Shown piece after piece: positions 1-12,534 of a stretch of DNA of 64,000 bases. The stretch lies in assembly GCA_965649765.1 (NCBI GenBank), contig OZ287757.1, positions 52,018,001 to 52,082,000 of the forward strand. Direction: 5' to 3'. The DNA is from Bispira polyomma. Taxonomy: Eukaryota. A program made the position numbers and the translations under genes. The notes beneath the pieces are model-generated. The model was not told the origin of the DNA and did not search any database. It was given only the letters and a program-made list of their open reading frames with translations. Within the stretch, counting starts at the first letter, position 1. Each line of letters starts with the position of its first letter.

Positions 1-329
1 CAAGTATTACGTTATTTCTAATAATATGAGGAAATCTTCTAACTAGTATAGCATTCAATATTAGTTTAATCTTTGAGTTTTAATTTTGAGAATTTTGGAG
101 AAAAACGGCCACATGAGTAGACCTATTGGGGGTGGGGGGGTAGGGAGGGGAATGGGGGAGAAAGTGAGCTTGCTTCATAACAAGGTCCTTAAAATTCCTC
201 CCAACTAATGTTCCGTAAAGTAAATTAGTTGAGCAAACTTTGGAACCATGTTCTATGTCACCTGTGTTAACAAAGGCGAGGTAGATGAAATCCACTGATT
301 TATGTATATGTTACACCGAATTGGTGAAA

Positions 330-481
330 TTGCCCATTTCGTGAAATGGGCAAGCAATTTGCCCATTTCATGAAATGGGCAACTCACTTGCCCATTTCAC
401 GAAATGCGCAATTTGGCTAAAAAACTCTTGCCCATTTCATAAAATTGGCAACCTTATGTACGGAAAATTATTTTTCGTACA
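330..481. repeat. Tandem array of four 24-bp palindromes (TTGCCCATTTCRYGAAATGGGCAA) plus a small hairpin; probable DNA-transposon remnant
   Basis: Units at 330-353, 359-382, 388-411 and 428-451; hairpin tgtacggaaaattatttttcgtaca at 457-481. Confidence 0.75.
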
Positions 482-2903
482 CAGAGAGGAAAAATGTAAG
501 ATATGAATTGTACTGGCTGTCATTTGATTTCGATTTTTTTAAGTAGAATAAGATCTTAAATCCTTTTACTTGAACAAACTATTACTTTATGATTCTTGCA
601 TAATTTTTTTAATATACTAGTCAAACTATTTAAAAAAGTAAACATCATTGTAGTAGTATTAGTCGTATATATTGTGTGCTAGTTAAATTAATGGCAGATT
701 AGAAGAATGCTATCTTATATCCAGTGAAATGCCTCTTTCTTACCACCCTTTGTTATTTTTTATGTACAAATTTTGTGTTTAAATCACAAGTTGTAGATCG
801 TTTTCGACACTGATGTCAGGTGCTTTCACTTTAGTATATACTGCTTCTCAGTTTTGATTTTATAAACTGTCAACTTCTGTTCAATTGATGTATATGTACA
901 AAACATTCAATGTGTATCGCAAATAGATAAAGGATTATCAACATTATACAATAAAGTAACTTATATTATGAAAACTCAAAAAAATACTTTTAACACAATT
1001 GTATTTAGATAAAGTTTGTGTGATATTACAGTAAATTTACAACTTTACTAGCTCATTTACTGTATAATTGTGTGGGGGAACTTGTAAAAGCATATCAAAA
1101 GACACAATTACTTGATTTTGTGTGGCCTCGTATTCTGATGTGTGTATATAATGAAAGAAAAATAATACTCAAAAGAAAAACACGGCTATGTAAAAGACCG
1201 CACTGCAAATTGACACAGTTCAAAAGAAAAAGTTAATGTTGTAGTTTTATATATAGATAATATATAAAAGCGGGGGAACTTTTATAGAAAAATTCATTTT
1301 CACTCAAGAATTTCTCTTGGTATCATTTATACTATTGCTTGGGGTTATTATGTAAGAAAGCCTAATTGATCTCCTGTATGTATGTGTAATGTATAGAAAC
1401 GGCCCGGGTCTTGCCGGCTTTTATGATGAGAGTTGACCCTTTCTGTTAACTCTTTTAGTATTTAGGTAGAAGGGGGGGGGAGGGGGGCGGGGAGGGGGGT
1501 GGGGGAATGCTATGACAATTAAGATAGTGGGTTCACTTTTGAAAATGGTGAAAAAAAAGCCTCTCTTTTCTTTTTTAAAGGGTATAAAACTTGGGTCCCC
1601 ATGAAATGTGGAGGTTTGTTCCTATCTAGAAAATTCCCTATGATAGGTTTATCTTTCTCTCTACTATAGAGATATCAAGTATTTAAGACTTTGTGTGTGT
1701 GTGCTGGCCTAATGTACACCATTTTAATTTTCAAGGGAGAGAGTGTCTTGAGCTGCTGATTTGAACTAAAATAATATTTAAGAATAAATGGGGGAATGTT
1801 TATTAAGTGAAAAGGGAGAGTTGCAGGTTTTGTTTTTGTGTTCTTATTTTATAATGAAAACGTTGGTTCTATATATAAAATACATAGTTACATTATTAGA
1901 GTCTGGGTGGTAATAATAGATATCAAGAGGTGCAAAAGGGGCTAGTCAAATAGTTGATAACTTTTAAGTAAGTAAAATTAGCCGTTTTATTAAAGAAAAA
2001 GGGGAAAGCATTTATGATGTCTTTTTGTCTACGCGTATGCCTGGTTAATTCGCAGGTATTCATTAGTACGGTGTCCTTTCTTTAAAAGAAAAAATAACCA
2101 AACATAAATCTAGCTGCATATATAACACATTCTTGTTGTAGGCCAAAATATTTTTTGCTTTTTATATATATAGATTAGATGATGTATTCTCAGTTTAAAA
2201 GTGAAAACTATGCACAAAATTGTTGCATAGCTTTAAGCCCTTTGGAATTCAGTTCGCTATGTTATTGTGATAGTGTTTTTTATTAAAAATTTTAGCAAGG
2301 AGAAAATTTCACTTATTTAAAATATTTTTGTGGGGAGAAATTCACTGGAATTTATTCTCATTTATTGTTCCCATTTTTCATTAAATTATGAATAGGTGAC
2401 TCATTTATTAAAGTACAAATTTATTATTAAGAATTACTCCCAACCCTAAAATAGCTAAAATATTAATTATTGATGAAAGTGTCCGATTGTACAGTATACT
2501 TAAAATTTCTTTTGATATGTGTTTTGAGCCCTCTAATTGAACGATGAACCTGAATTGATTAAATAGCGGTCGTGAAGACTGTTTTTTTTTACTCCCAGGG
2601 GTATTTGAACGTGACAAAGAATTTGAGGAAGAAAATGTTCTTGCGTTTTAGAAATAGAATTAGGCAGATATTGTCTCATACAATTAATCGGCGATATTGT
2701 CTCTTAGAATTAATTCATTGAAAATATCCTGCATTATTAGAAAAAAATTTATATGTCTAATTAAATACATTTGTGAGGACTTCTAACTACAGTACATATG
2801 ATATTAACATTTTCTATCTCATGATACATTATTATTGATGTTTTTTGTTCAAAAATAAATTAATAGGAGCTGACTTTGTAGGAGTCTATAAATTTGATTA
2901 ATA

Positions 2904-3088
2904 TGGTAGAACCTCTGTTATCCGAACCTCTATTACCCAAATAATTGATTTTTTTTTTATGAACTCATTTTCACTCTTCCCAAATGTATATTTTCCAATT
3001 GTTTTATATTAGATCATTTATAGAATACCTCTTCTGTTTTATGAACCTTTTATTATCTGAACAAAATTGGATAATAGAGCTTCTACTG
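2904..3088. mobile_element. ~185-bp Tc1/mariner/pogo-type MITE (family M1)
   Basis: TIR-like ends ..GTAGAACCTCT..TATCC / GGATAATAGAG.TTCTACTG with TA flanks; related copies at 14055, 16383, 21011, 28955 and 52617. Confidence 0.7.
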
Positions 3089-3744
3089 TATATATTAGTA
3101 ATTTAGTGTCTTAACTTTACGATTATAGTTACTGTAGTTCTCCCTAGAAATGGCTCTCCCTCTAATAAACATCCTTTATTTTTTACATGTTGAACTGTTA
3201 TCAATGTCTTACTGGAGAACCTTTACTTTCTGAACCTCTTGGGAGAGCACAATTTTGTTCGGATTAACGGAGGAGTTCATAAAAAAGGACAACCTTAATT
3301 TTGGGGGGTGCAACATTATTCAAATAATAGAAATTTGGATCATAGTCTTAAAAAGCCGTTTTTACAGTGAGTGAGTGTATTTAGATGAACTTGACGATCT
3401 TAGCTTGAGTTTAAAGGTATCCTTAGTGTGTTTTAGTGTTTACCTGCTTTGTCATTCAACTTTTACAAAGTTTCACTGTATAAAGGGATAACTAGATTAG
3501 TAAGTTAGTAACTCAGTAGAATGCATACCTCTGCTATCTGGAGATCCTTCCCTCTACCTGGATCCACTCTACAAGATAATTTAGTGAATTCTTCCTTGGC
3601 TGACACTTTGCCCTATCCCTCCACAAAATTAATTGTAATAAAAATGGTTCAGTAGTCTTTGTATAGTTCTTGTGACAACCAACGAACTGATGTTAGAGAG
3701 ATTCAAAACACGGAGCAAATGCTTTTTTACCTTCACTCATTTAG

Positions 3745-4132
3745 TCTGCGTTTCTATGTCATCAATGGACGACGGAAATCAGCGTTTTGTATCTTTCCAT
3801 AGAATTATTTAAGAAAAATGGATACCTGTATTTTAACTTAAATATTTTAGCCATTTTTCAACCTATTTTGATGGAACAAAAAGCATAATAAACCCAATAT
3901 AATAAGCGTTCTCACCGGTAGTCAGTAATTTTTGAGTTATTAATAAAGAATCAGCAATGTATACACAGCGCCATGCCATGCTAGGCGGTTTTTTTTTCGC
4001 TACCGGGAGCAAAAATTCCCCTGCCGCCTATCGGCGTTGCTCAGATGGAAACACATATGTACTTTAAATCAATAAAACTGAATAAATTGCCGTCAGCTGA
4101 TCGCCTCAGAAAATTGCTTGCATGGAAACATT
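3745..4132. mobile_element. ~400-bp non-autonomous TIR element (family M2)
   Basis: Ends GCGTTTC.ATG / CATGGAAAC; clear similarity to 56440-56878 and, inverted, to 63171-63578. Confidence 0.65.
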
Positions 4133-5469
4133 CACTTATAGTATACCAAAAACCTTAAACTTGGTACCAAGTAGGGGTGAGTATTCTAACGGAAATCGTA
4201 CTGTGATATATTGCAGTCGTATTTACAATAGGTATTTGCTCCTTAGTTAAAAAGTCTAATTAAACATTCTTTACACCCCAAAAATAATTCTGTCAGCAGA
4301 ATTTTAAATCCTTTCTAACTTGTACTTTCTAACCTGGACATTGATACTGTATATATGACAGTAAATGTGCACTAGAAATTATTTGCAATTATTTGGGCTA
4401 AACTGAGTTTGGATTGTGAAAATTTCATTCCCAAGTGAACTCCTCAAAATCGTAAATTAGTAAAATTTTCTTGCAGCAAAAATTGTAATGATAAATTATA
4501 CAAATTAATCAATGTGGCAAATTTCAGATTATTTGAAAAAAAACCCCTCTAAATCCACTGTGCTTAAAAATGAATAGAAAAGTCATTTGACTTGTAAATA
4601 GCAGTTATTATTATGAATGTCCTCAGGCCTCCAATACTAGGGATTACCTAAATGGATGTTTATTGGCCACTTTATAACTTATGAACATATCAGATTTAAG
4701 CAGTTAATGTATTTTCTTTGTAGATTTTATATATATGCGTGTTATAGTTAATGCTTTTATACTGTGCGACAAAGTTAGAGTCTGCTTTAAAAAAAACTTG
4801 TACAACTTGTATATAATTTATGTATAAAGTTGTATGTACCAGTATAAGTAAGCAATTAACTGCACATTCAATTGTTTTCTTTCTACTGGTTAAAATAACC
4901 TGTTTAAAAGGCATTTTTTTAAAGTTACATCTTGATAACCTTCAAGAACTGCATCACTTAGTAGATTGTTTTATTGATTTGATTTGTTGTGATTTGATTA
5001 AATTTCGATTTTTTTTTTTTTCAAGCAACATTAGTTAGATATATGTTATGAAAATATTTCTCCCATGACAAATCCCATCGCTAGTGATCAGTAAAATTAA
5101 TACAAATTTGTAGTAATGTAGTAATACAGATTCTAGTAATTTTTCAATCAAATGTGGTTTTTGCTAAAAAAAACCAAAAAAACTGTCAGCAAAATTCATT
5201 GAAATTTTAGTCTTAATAAAGCGTCAATATTTCAATTTCCGTACAGGTATTGTCAGTAACAGTTTTATGTGGTGACCCGTATTTGTTATTGTCCTAGCCT
5301 AAAATTTCAGTGGCCCGATGACTGATAAAAAGAGATACATTCCTGTCCTAACTTTAAAAACTGTAGCTAGTGGCTATATCTAAATTACACTCTCCAGTAA
5401 TAGTAAAAAACTAGTGTCGCTGTGGTGCCAGACCTATGTTGTGTTGTATAGTATTATTAACTTACCTTA

Positions 5470-5760
5470 TTGATGCAAGGCATCTTCTAAAGCGCAATAA
5501 AAGAATCAATTAAACAATTTAGAAGTCCCCAGGAGTATAGCTAGGTCATAAGGAAGTATATTGGGGGGATTATACAGGTAAGGAACTAAAGGGGAGATAA
5601 GCAAAGTTTGAAGATATGGGTTTTAAGTTTTCTCCCGAACCCAAAAAGTGTTGCTAGTGGATCTAAACATAGCTGAGAGAATATTCCATTAGAAAGGGGC
5701 AGCGATTGAGAAAGCTCTATATCCAGCCCTCTCAAAGCAAACAAAAAGTTTAAATACAAA
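5470..5760 (-). mobile_element. 3' fragment of an L2/CR1-type LINE (family La)
   Basis: Minus-strand peptide ...GRKLKTHIFKL, typical of L2/CR1 ORF C-termini; 3' tail TGCGCTTTAGAAGATGCC shared with copies at 17460, 35505, 44375 and 51220. Confidence 0.6.
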
Positions 5761-6930
5761 TACTTGTATTTTGGGGGTATTATGGGGAGTCTTTCGTTAA
5801 TGTCGTTTCCTTGTAATAAGGTAATACAAGTCACATTACCATTAGTATTAGGCAGTCATTTGTTACTTCACTTTTGGAGCAAAGTGTATATAAGAAAGAA
5901 GTCAAGAATTCACAACTCTCACAAATTTTATTGTATTTAATAATTCTAATTATAAGCGTTATAGATGCTTTCTAGGTCTGTTGACATATTTTCTTTTAGA
6001 GTTGATTACCTTATAAAAAGGGCTTAAAATGAGTTTCAACAAGTAAGATCAAATGGCTATATAATAATAATAATATGTTGAAATACAATATATAACAAAA
6101 AATATCTATTTCCAGAGGGCATGAAAATAATATGTAACAGTTGTAATAAAAAGAAAATGACCCCCGCTGTGCATTCTTTCGGGACTTTACATGCTTAACA
6201 ATAAATAGCTATCTAAATACAATTACTAAACTGACATCAATAAATGATGTTTAATTTCATAATTAGCCAATAGCTGTAAGCGGTGGTTTTTATAATCTGT
6301 TAAGCCTTAATCCCCTCTCCTGGATTATAAAAGAATTCAAAAGACACAGTAACAACATGAAAAAGGGCCTTTTATCCTATCTTATAACTCAGCCTTCTTA
6401 TAAAGACAGTACATACAATAGGGTGGAGTTCATTGTTACAAGTTGTGTATGGAAAGTACCCTGGAGGGGAATATTTAGATCCAGGGATGTGGGGATGGGG
6501 GGGGGGGGGGGGTGTAATTCCTGATGGAATTTACTTTCCGCTCTAAACCTAAATCCCTAGGGGGGCATTTAAATGTGGACAAATGTCAATTGAAATAAAT
6601 AGGGTTGTTTTTGTATGTGCTTTGATAAGAGAATAGAATAGAGAAATAGCAATGATTAGGGGTGTAATTAATGTAATAGTTTGAGGGGAGGGGGAGGGGC
6701 CTAGGAGGGGAAGGTGGGGGGGGGGGGGGGCGATATTATTCGAGGTCTTTAGAATGTAATATATAAATTATATACAACTTATTAAAGGGATATTTGGGGG
6801 GACGTCATTTGTTAAAGAGTTTTCTGTAGGGAATTACAATCTATCTGATGCTAGCCTTGCTCAGTTGTCATTGGTTTTTATATCTGACTGCCAGTTAATT
6901 GATATAGATTATATAATTTACATATATGTG

Positions 6931-7190
6931 TGGTCTCCCAGTGATTATGGAGTGGTCTGGTGACTGGTGAGCAAAAGGCCCCCGGTTCAGCTCCCAGTGG
7001 GTGGGGAGAGTTGGTCTGGTGATTGGAAAGGCCCACGTTTCCACTCCTGCTAATTGCCGCAAGGTTTATCAGTGGAGTAACATCCTTTGGTCAAGTTATG
7101 AACATGGCAGTGCCTTTTGATGACGAACCAGGCCATGTTGTAGGACGCTAGAACGGTTGGCTGTTATTATGCTTTAAAAGATGCGTTAAT
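6931..7190 (+). mobile_element. SINE family C (duplicated head GGAGTTGGTCTGGTGA, LINE-like 3' tail)
   Basis: Similar along its length to 15418-15681; partial copies at ~14790-14910 and ~46780-46870. Confidence 0.55.
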
Positions 7191-8889
7191 AAAGCAAGTA
7201 ATATACATAATCCAGTACAATTCTATAATATATATATGAAGACTTGTACAATGCTGTAATTAAACACAGACTGTTTAATGGTCTAGTAATTCTTTGATTA
7301 ATTGTTACAGTACTGTCGATCGACTGGTAGATTATTCAGTGCTACCTCAATGAAAATTAACTCATTTGACAAATTTGAAGCCAACAACTGGGCTAATGTT
7401 CCTATAAACTGTAACTGTATAAACTTGTATGTGTGTGTGTGTACTGCATTAAACAGGTCAGGGGGATCAGGAGGAATTCTGTTATAGCTGATAATTACAC
7501 AAATATTTTACTTTCAATTGCATGAATGAATTGGCCAAAGAAAAATGATTAACTTTTTTCCTTCGTGCAATTTGTTTAAGATGTGTGTTATGTTTTCTTG
7601 GGGCTATTATGTGCTATTACATGTTGATTGTATACATGAAAGAACTGGGAATGGAATGCCATTGAAAATAGTTTGTATTGTATAACTTGAAAATTGTAGT
7701 TAAAAGACAAATTTGAAAAGATTACTGGCGTCTCATTTTTACTATTGTTTAGGTATTGTTTTTTCTTCAGTTATATAAATACCAATTATTCACAATTTGG
7801 GATTTAATTTTTTCACCATTCAGTCTTAATTTAGCTAAACTGGCTAAAATTAATTCCAGGTGACAATTTATGACCTGTACGGTATATTGTATGTAATAAT
7901 ATTAAACCGAATGCTTTTAGGATTGAAAATCAACATTAAAAGGATAATTAAGGTATTACCTGCTGCCTCTGGTCAATTTAAGTTAACGTATTTTTTTGGT
8001 GATTTGTATCGGCTTGATTAAAGCCCTTGTATTTTAGCCTTGGGCTTTTTATGCATTCCATTAACTTAATTAAATATGTCATACATATGGGAAAAATAGG
8101 TGACGTTTTTAAAAGCAATTATTTCTTAGTATTATTGTTACTTGATGTATTAATTTTGCCAAATTGCTGAATGTAAGATCAAATAACTTGGTTGATAAAT
8201 TGTTGATCGATAATATTTTATTTGTTGTTTGGGCTCTTGGATGCTGGTATCGAGTGCAACACAAACGTATTGATTTTGTAAATTAATACATATTTCACCC
8301 TGGGACAACACTTTGTACAACAATTGTTATGGTATTTTAAAGTTTATTCCTTATGACTAAAAAGTGTTAAACCATTTTAAGCCTGTTGTTAAACGATTGT
8401 TAAACGATTTAGCCATTCACACTTTTTCTTTTGTTTGGGGCTTTAGGTAGATCTTTGCGTTCTGAAAAAAATGTTCTAGTTTCTTTATTTGTCCTCATTT
8501 ACATTATATTACACAACATCCATTGTCTTAATACATAAGAATACACAAATGTAGCTGTAGTTTCTTTGTATGTCCTGATATCGGCCCATATTGAACTAAT
8601 TTTGCTTTTGATACTGATCTCACATGAAATGATTCAAATGATTTAACCCACAAATGTCATTATAACTGAAAACTTCAGCTGGGATAAAATGTTCCCTTAA
8701 ATTTATTTAACAATTTTCTAACAATAGTACTGTAGTTTATTTAAACACTATTAGTAGGCACGTTTTATTTGAAAGATCAATACGACTTCAACTATTTACA
8801 ATTGGAATAAATTTTCAGTGTCACCAACAGTCCAACACTTTAACGTAATAAAATGTTGGTGCAAGTTGGTACTCCAAAGTGCTACACTC

Positions 8890-9126
8890 CTATAGCAAAA
8901 CTTATTTTCCACTGTATCTGAAATTCACCACCTACAAAATGCTAGTGTGTTGGGTAGAATTGTGGGTAATATTTGCTGAAATTGCAATTTTTGTGACTAT
9001 TTTGCCCTTACTTACCTTAAAATTACATTTATTTTTTGCCACTTCTTATTGAATATTTTGTTTAAACTCTGAGGTCAGGCTATTGCTAATTTCAGATACA
9101 GTGGCAAATTTTAGATTTCTTACTCT
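8890..9126. mobile_element. ~230-bp MITE (family M3), degenerate copy
   Basis: ccactgtatctgaaattc / atttcagatacagtggcaaattttagatt inverted ends; matches 18976-19202 and 21298-21531. Confidence 0.6.
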
Positions 9127-10106
9127 AACATGACTCTACAGGACCAAAAAATAAATATTTTTTTTCGTTATAAAGAATAAGAACCAAGATCGCTCACCTC
9201 CAGCTGATTTGGGGGCAGAGATATGCCAAAGATGTACAAACATTTGCAAGTCAGAGTCGTAAAAGTGCAATGAAAATTCAATGATAAAATGACACGCATG
9301 TATTTTTTTTTTTTTTTTTCTTTCTTTGATAATGAAGACCCTAGACCAATGATACGTGTATATATGACTTTATATGTATATTATAGACAGGAGCAGACAT
9401 TAACTAGCCTGGTTAAAGCTCTGTCAGCAATACTGCCATTTAGCATTTACTAGGGGACATATTCACAGAAGGTCCTAGTCTTAACTGAGTCAGTCTTAAG
9501 CTTAACATTTATTGTAAAGGTCAAAACTTACTTTATATACAAGCAATGAAAGAATTAGTTCAATAATTAAAGTTTTAGTTAGAGTTATGATGAGAATTTA
9601 TAATTATGATATTTCCTTTGTGTTTAATATATATTTATGTCTGAAATATTTAAGATTGCCTACTGTTAATCATAGTGTAAAAAAGCAAAGTTAACACTAA
9701 CCAACGATAGTTTCTTTTTCTCAATGGGACTAAGACAAAACTATCAACCTTTTTGACCAAAATCAAACCCCAAAAATCTTTTAAGACAAAGTCTTTATGT
9801 GAGTAAGGGGTTTGGCTAATTTGTGCCTTAACATTGTTAAAGGTATACCAGTGTGCCACATTATTTGGGTGTTGTTGGGACAAATTTTGGCAATCACTGC
9901 TATGAAGTGTTCAGAATTCAGTTTGGATGTTTATAGGGAAATGTTTGGATATTAAAAAGGTTCATCAGTTAGAAGAGGCATCTTAGTATCAAATAATTAG
10001 AAAAGAAAACATGAATTTAGCAGAGTGAAAACTGAGTTGATAAAAAACAAATAGGAAGTTTGGATAAGCGTTCTTATGAATACTAAAAAAATATTTATTT
10101 ATTCTT

Positions 10107-10312
10107 ACGGTGCCCTAGTGGTTAGAATCTCCTGCTTTACACAATCACTGGCATCCTGTTCAATCCTTCATCAGGCAGAGTTTGTCAGTTACATACCATA
10201 GGTTGATGGTTTAAATACAGTGTCTTCAGCACTGGTTTTCTTCCAACATTGAATTTGGCCTGTCATGATATGACCTTTTAAATTGAAATTGACGTAAAAC
10301 CCAAGTCAAATT
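10107..10312 (+). mobile_element. tRNA-derived SINE family B (resembles molluscan Meta/MESC-type SINEs)
   Basis: A-box-like TGCCCTAGTGG, core AGTTTGTCAG..ACTGGTTT..CCA.CATTGAA, tail GACGTAAAACCCAA; more than 10 copies in the window. Confidence 0.65.
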
Positions 10313-10369
10313 TTACTTCTAAGCCTTGTGCAGGGCTAGTCTTTGATGTTGTTTTATCCCCCTTAGGCC

Positions 10370-10720
10370 TGTGGACACTAGCAAACTGTGCTTTATTTAT
10401 AGGCAATTAGAGAAATCATCTCTTCAACTGGTCACCTACAGCTGTCAGAAGTAGCATTATTACCCACTGTCCCCTAAGGGGACATATACATATATGTTAA
10501 AAGAGAGAGAGGTGACTGGTTTGGTGGCTCTAGGGGGGGAGAGAGACCCGTCAAAATAGTGACCAAAAAACATGGACTACTTGACAGCAATTTAACTGAT
10601 CAGTTGGCTTAAATTGAGCCTGATTTACATATGTAATAGGCCTCAATATGCCCGCCAACAATTAATGTTTTAATTTGATTCTGTTCTCTCATTTGTCAAG
10701 TTGATTTATGGAAGTGAACA
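10370..10720. promoter_or_regulatory. Candidate intronic enhancer with Pbx-Hox and Meis/TALE motifs
   Basis: TGATTTAC 10621-10628, TGATTTATGG 10702-10711, TGACAG 10582-10587 and CTGTCA 10442-10447, in sequence with no repeat match in the window; motif inference only. Confidence 0.3.
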
Positions 10721-10732
10721 CTGCTTCACTGG

Positions 10733-10767
<35 letters not shown>

Positions 10768-11412
10768 AATCAACTTTGATATATAGCAAGTAGAAACCAA
10801 AAGGGGGTCATGTGGGTTCATGTGTTGTGTAAAGTTTATTAAAATGGAAACGTTTTTAACTACAGTTGAACCCCCTAAAGTAGAACCTCAAAGGAGCAAT
10901 AGCAATACTTCTAGTAAATCTAAGCAGGATTCCCACTTAACAGGGCAGATTTTAAAGGAAAATGCCTTTGTGGGACAATAAAGTTTGCTCCACATAAAAG
11001 GGAAAACCAGTTTAGAAAACTTCCCAAAAAGTTGTTTTCGTTAGAATTAATTGAGAGAATTTTCTTTTTTTGGACCGCCATTTGTAAAGTCCAAAAGAGT
11101 TTTCCATGCCATTCGGATAAGTGAATGGTCATAAAATAGAAGCCCGGATTTTACTACCCTAAACTTTCTCTAAGGAGCCCATGCGCTTTTAACTTGAATT
11201 TAAGGAAATGTAGGGGATGGGCTCTGGGGAGAATGTGGTTTTTCCAGTTAAACATTCTCAACAGTATTTATAGAAAACTGTGGGTGGGTTCTTATGAAAC
11301 CATGGGCTATACAGAGAGAGTTTAGGGTATTTAAACAAAAGGAAATATATTAATTTGAAAGACTGGAAGTGGGTTCATCATTTTGAATATTTTTAATCAT
11401 AGACACTCTGCT

Positions 11413-11521
11413 GGGCCCGTATTCACCAAGGGACTTAGCCAAGTCTTAGGCTTAAATCAGCATACTTTTGTACTGGATTCAAGCCTTAGACTTGGCTAAG
11501 TCCCTTTCTGAATACGGGCCC
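11413..11521. mobile_element. 109-bp palindromic MITE (PIF/Harbinger-like ends)
   Basis: GGGCCCGTATTCA...TGAATACGGGCCC with arms gggacttagccaagtct/agacttggctaagtccc. Confidence 0.7.
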
Positions 11522-11584
11522 TGTACTTGAGTTGAAAGTTACAGCTGCCTTTTTATGCCTGTTTTTTCCTCTCTTCTATTTCAG

Positions 11585-11617
11585 ATTTTAATGAAAACAA
11601 AAGATCTAGTAGAGAAT
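11585..11617 (+). CDS. POLA1: DNA polymerase alpha catalytic subunit, 33-nt exon (ILMKTKDLVEN)
   Basis: Polypyrimidine tract + ttcag acceptor, gtgagt donor; matches human ILMHTKEMVQK just before [12 protein letters not shown]. Not in the ORF track. Confidence 0.9.
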
Positions 11618-11724
11618 GTGAGTATTTGAGTTCACTTGCTACTAATATTTAATTTAAATTTTTTTTAAATATCGGTACTCCATAATTTGTGTTACCTTTA
11701 ACATCGTCAGTTATGTTGTATATC

Positions 11725-12383
11725 TAGTGCGGTATTCACAAATGTGCTAAACCGAGAGACTTTGTTTAAGTAGACATTTTCTTGTGCGTGACTTGTGGTT
11801 GCAGCTTGGGGTTATAAAATCAATCCTCAATAAAATCGTAGAAGTTTTTTCCATGTAGCCATGCCTAAGTTATATTCACAACGGGCAGTAAATATTAGGA
11901 GTACAGGTGAAACTGACTAGCAATTTTTACACTCTCAAACAGTTGAAAGCGTTCCCAAACAAATAATCGGATATTCTTTTTATTGATAATTGAAAAAAAA
12001 ATATATTACATTTTGCCTATGATTCTAAAAATAAGCAGTTTTATATGGAGTTTTTTATAAAACAGTGATTAAAATTGGCAAGCCGAATAATTAAATAGCA
12101 TCATCTCTATTTACATTTAATGTATCTGCAACCCAAAACCAAACGTTCTACTATTCTCTTTCAGTCCTAATTAGGGCTCAAAATGTTCAGAGATTGGCAA
12201 TTATTAGTTGACGGTGACAAACAATGATGCAGTCCGGGCTTTGCGATTCGATAATCTATATTTTATTAAATTTACTCACTATATTGGCCAAATCTTAAAA
12301 TGGGCCCAGAAGCACATGACTACATATCTGAATTCAGCAGTGTTCAGTTTGAGCTTGAATTTCTTTCTGAGAATACGGCACTA
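11725..12383. mobile_element. ~660-bp non-autonomous TIR element filling most of an 824-nt POLA1 intron
   Basis: Ends ctagtgcggtattc / gaatacggcactag; 3' part resembles the 35930-36140 family. Confidence 0.5.
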
Positions 12384-12441
12384 GGAATGTCATTCCTGGT
12401 CAATATGGTGGTTTACAAAACTTGTGTGTGACATATTCCAG

Positions 12442-12534
12442 ATGAACTTGGAGGTGATCTATGGAGACACTGACTCCATTATGGTGAACACTAACAGCAC
12501 AGACATCGAACAGGTCTTTAAACTGGGAAATAAG
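12442..12534 (+). CDS. POLA1: POLA1 exon with family-B motif C ([31 protein letters not shown])
   Basis: ccag acceptor, gtaggt donor; catalytic YGDTDS motif; near-identical to animal Pol alpha. Confidence 0.97.

Noticed and set aside
330-451. CRISPR-like palindromic repeats
   Set aside because: Spacers are only 5-16 nt, there are no cas genes, and the context is a eukaryotic intron.
1-11584. Upstream POLA1 exon ending ...KGRE, e.g. GGT CGT GAA at ~2568
   Set aside because: No GT donor follows and there is no upstream similarity; the exon is presumed to lie before the window.
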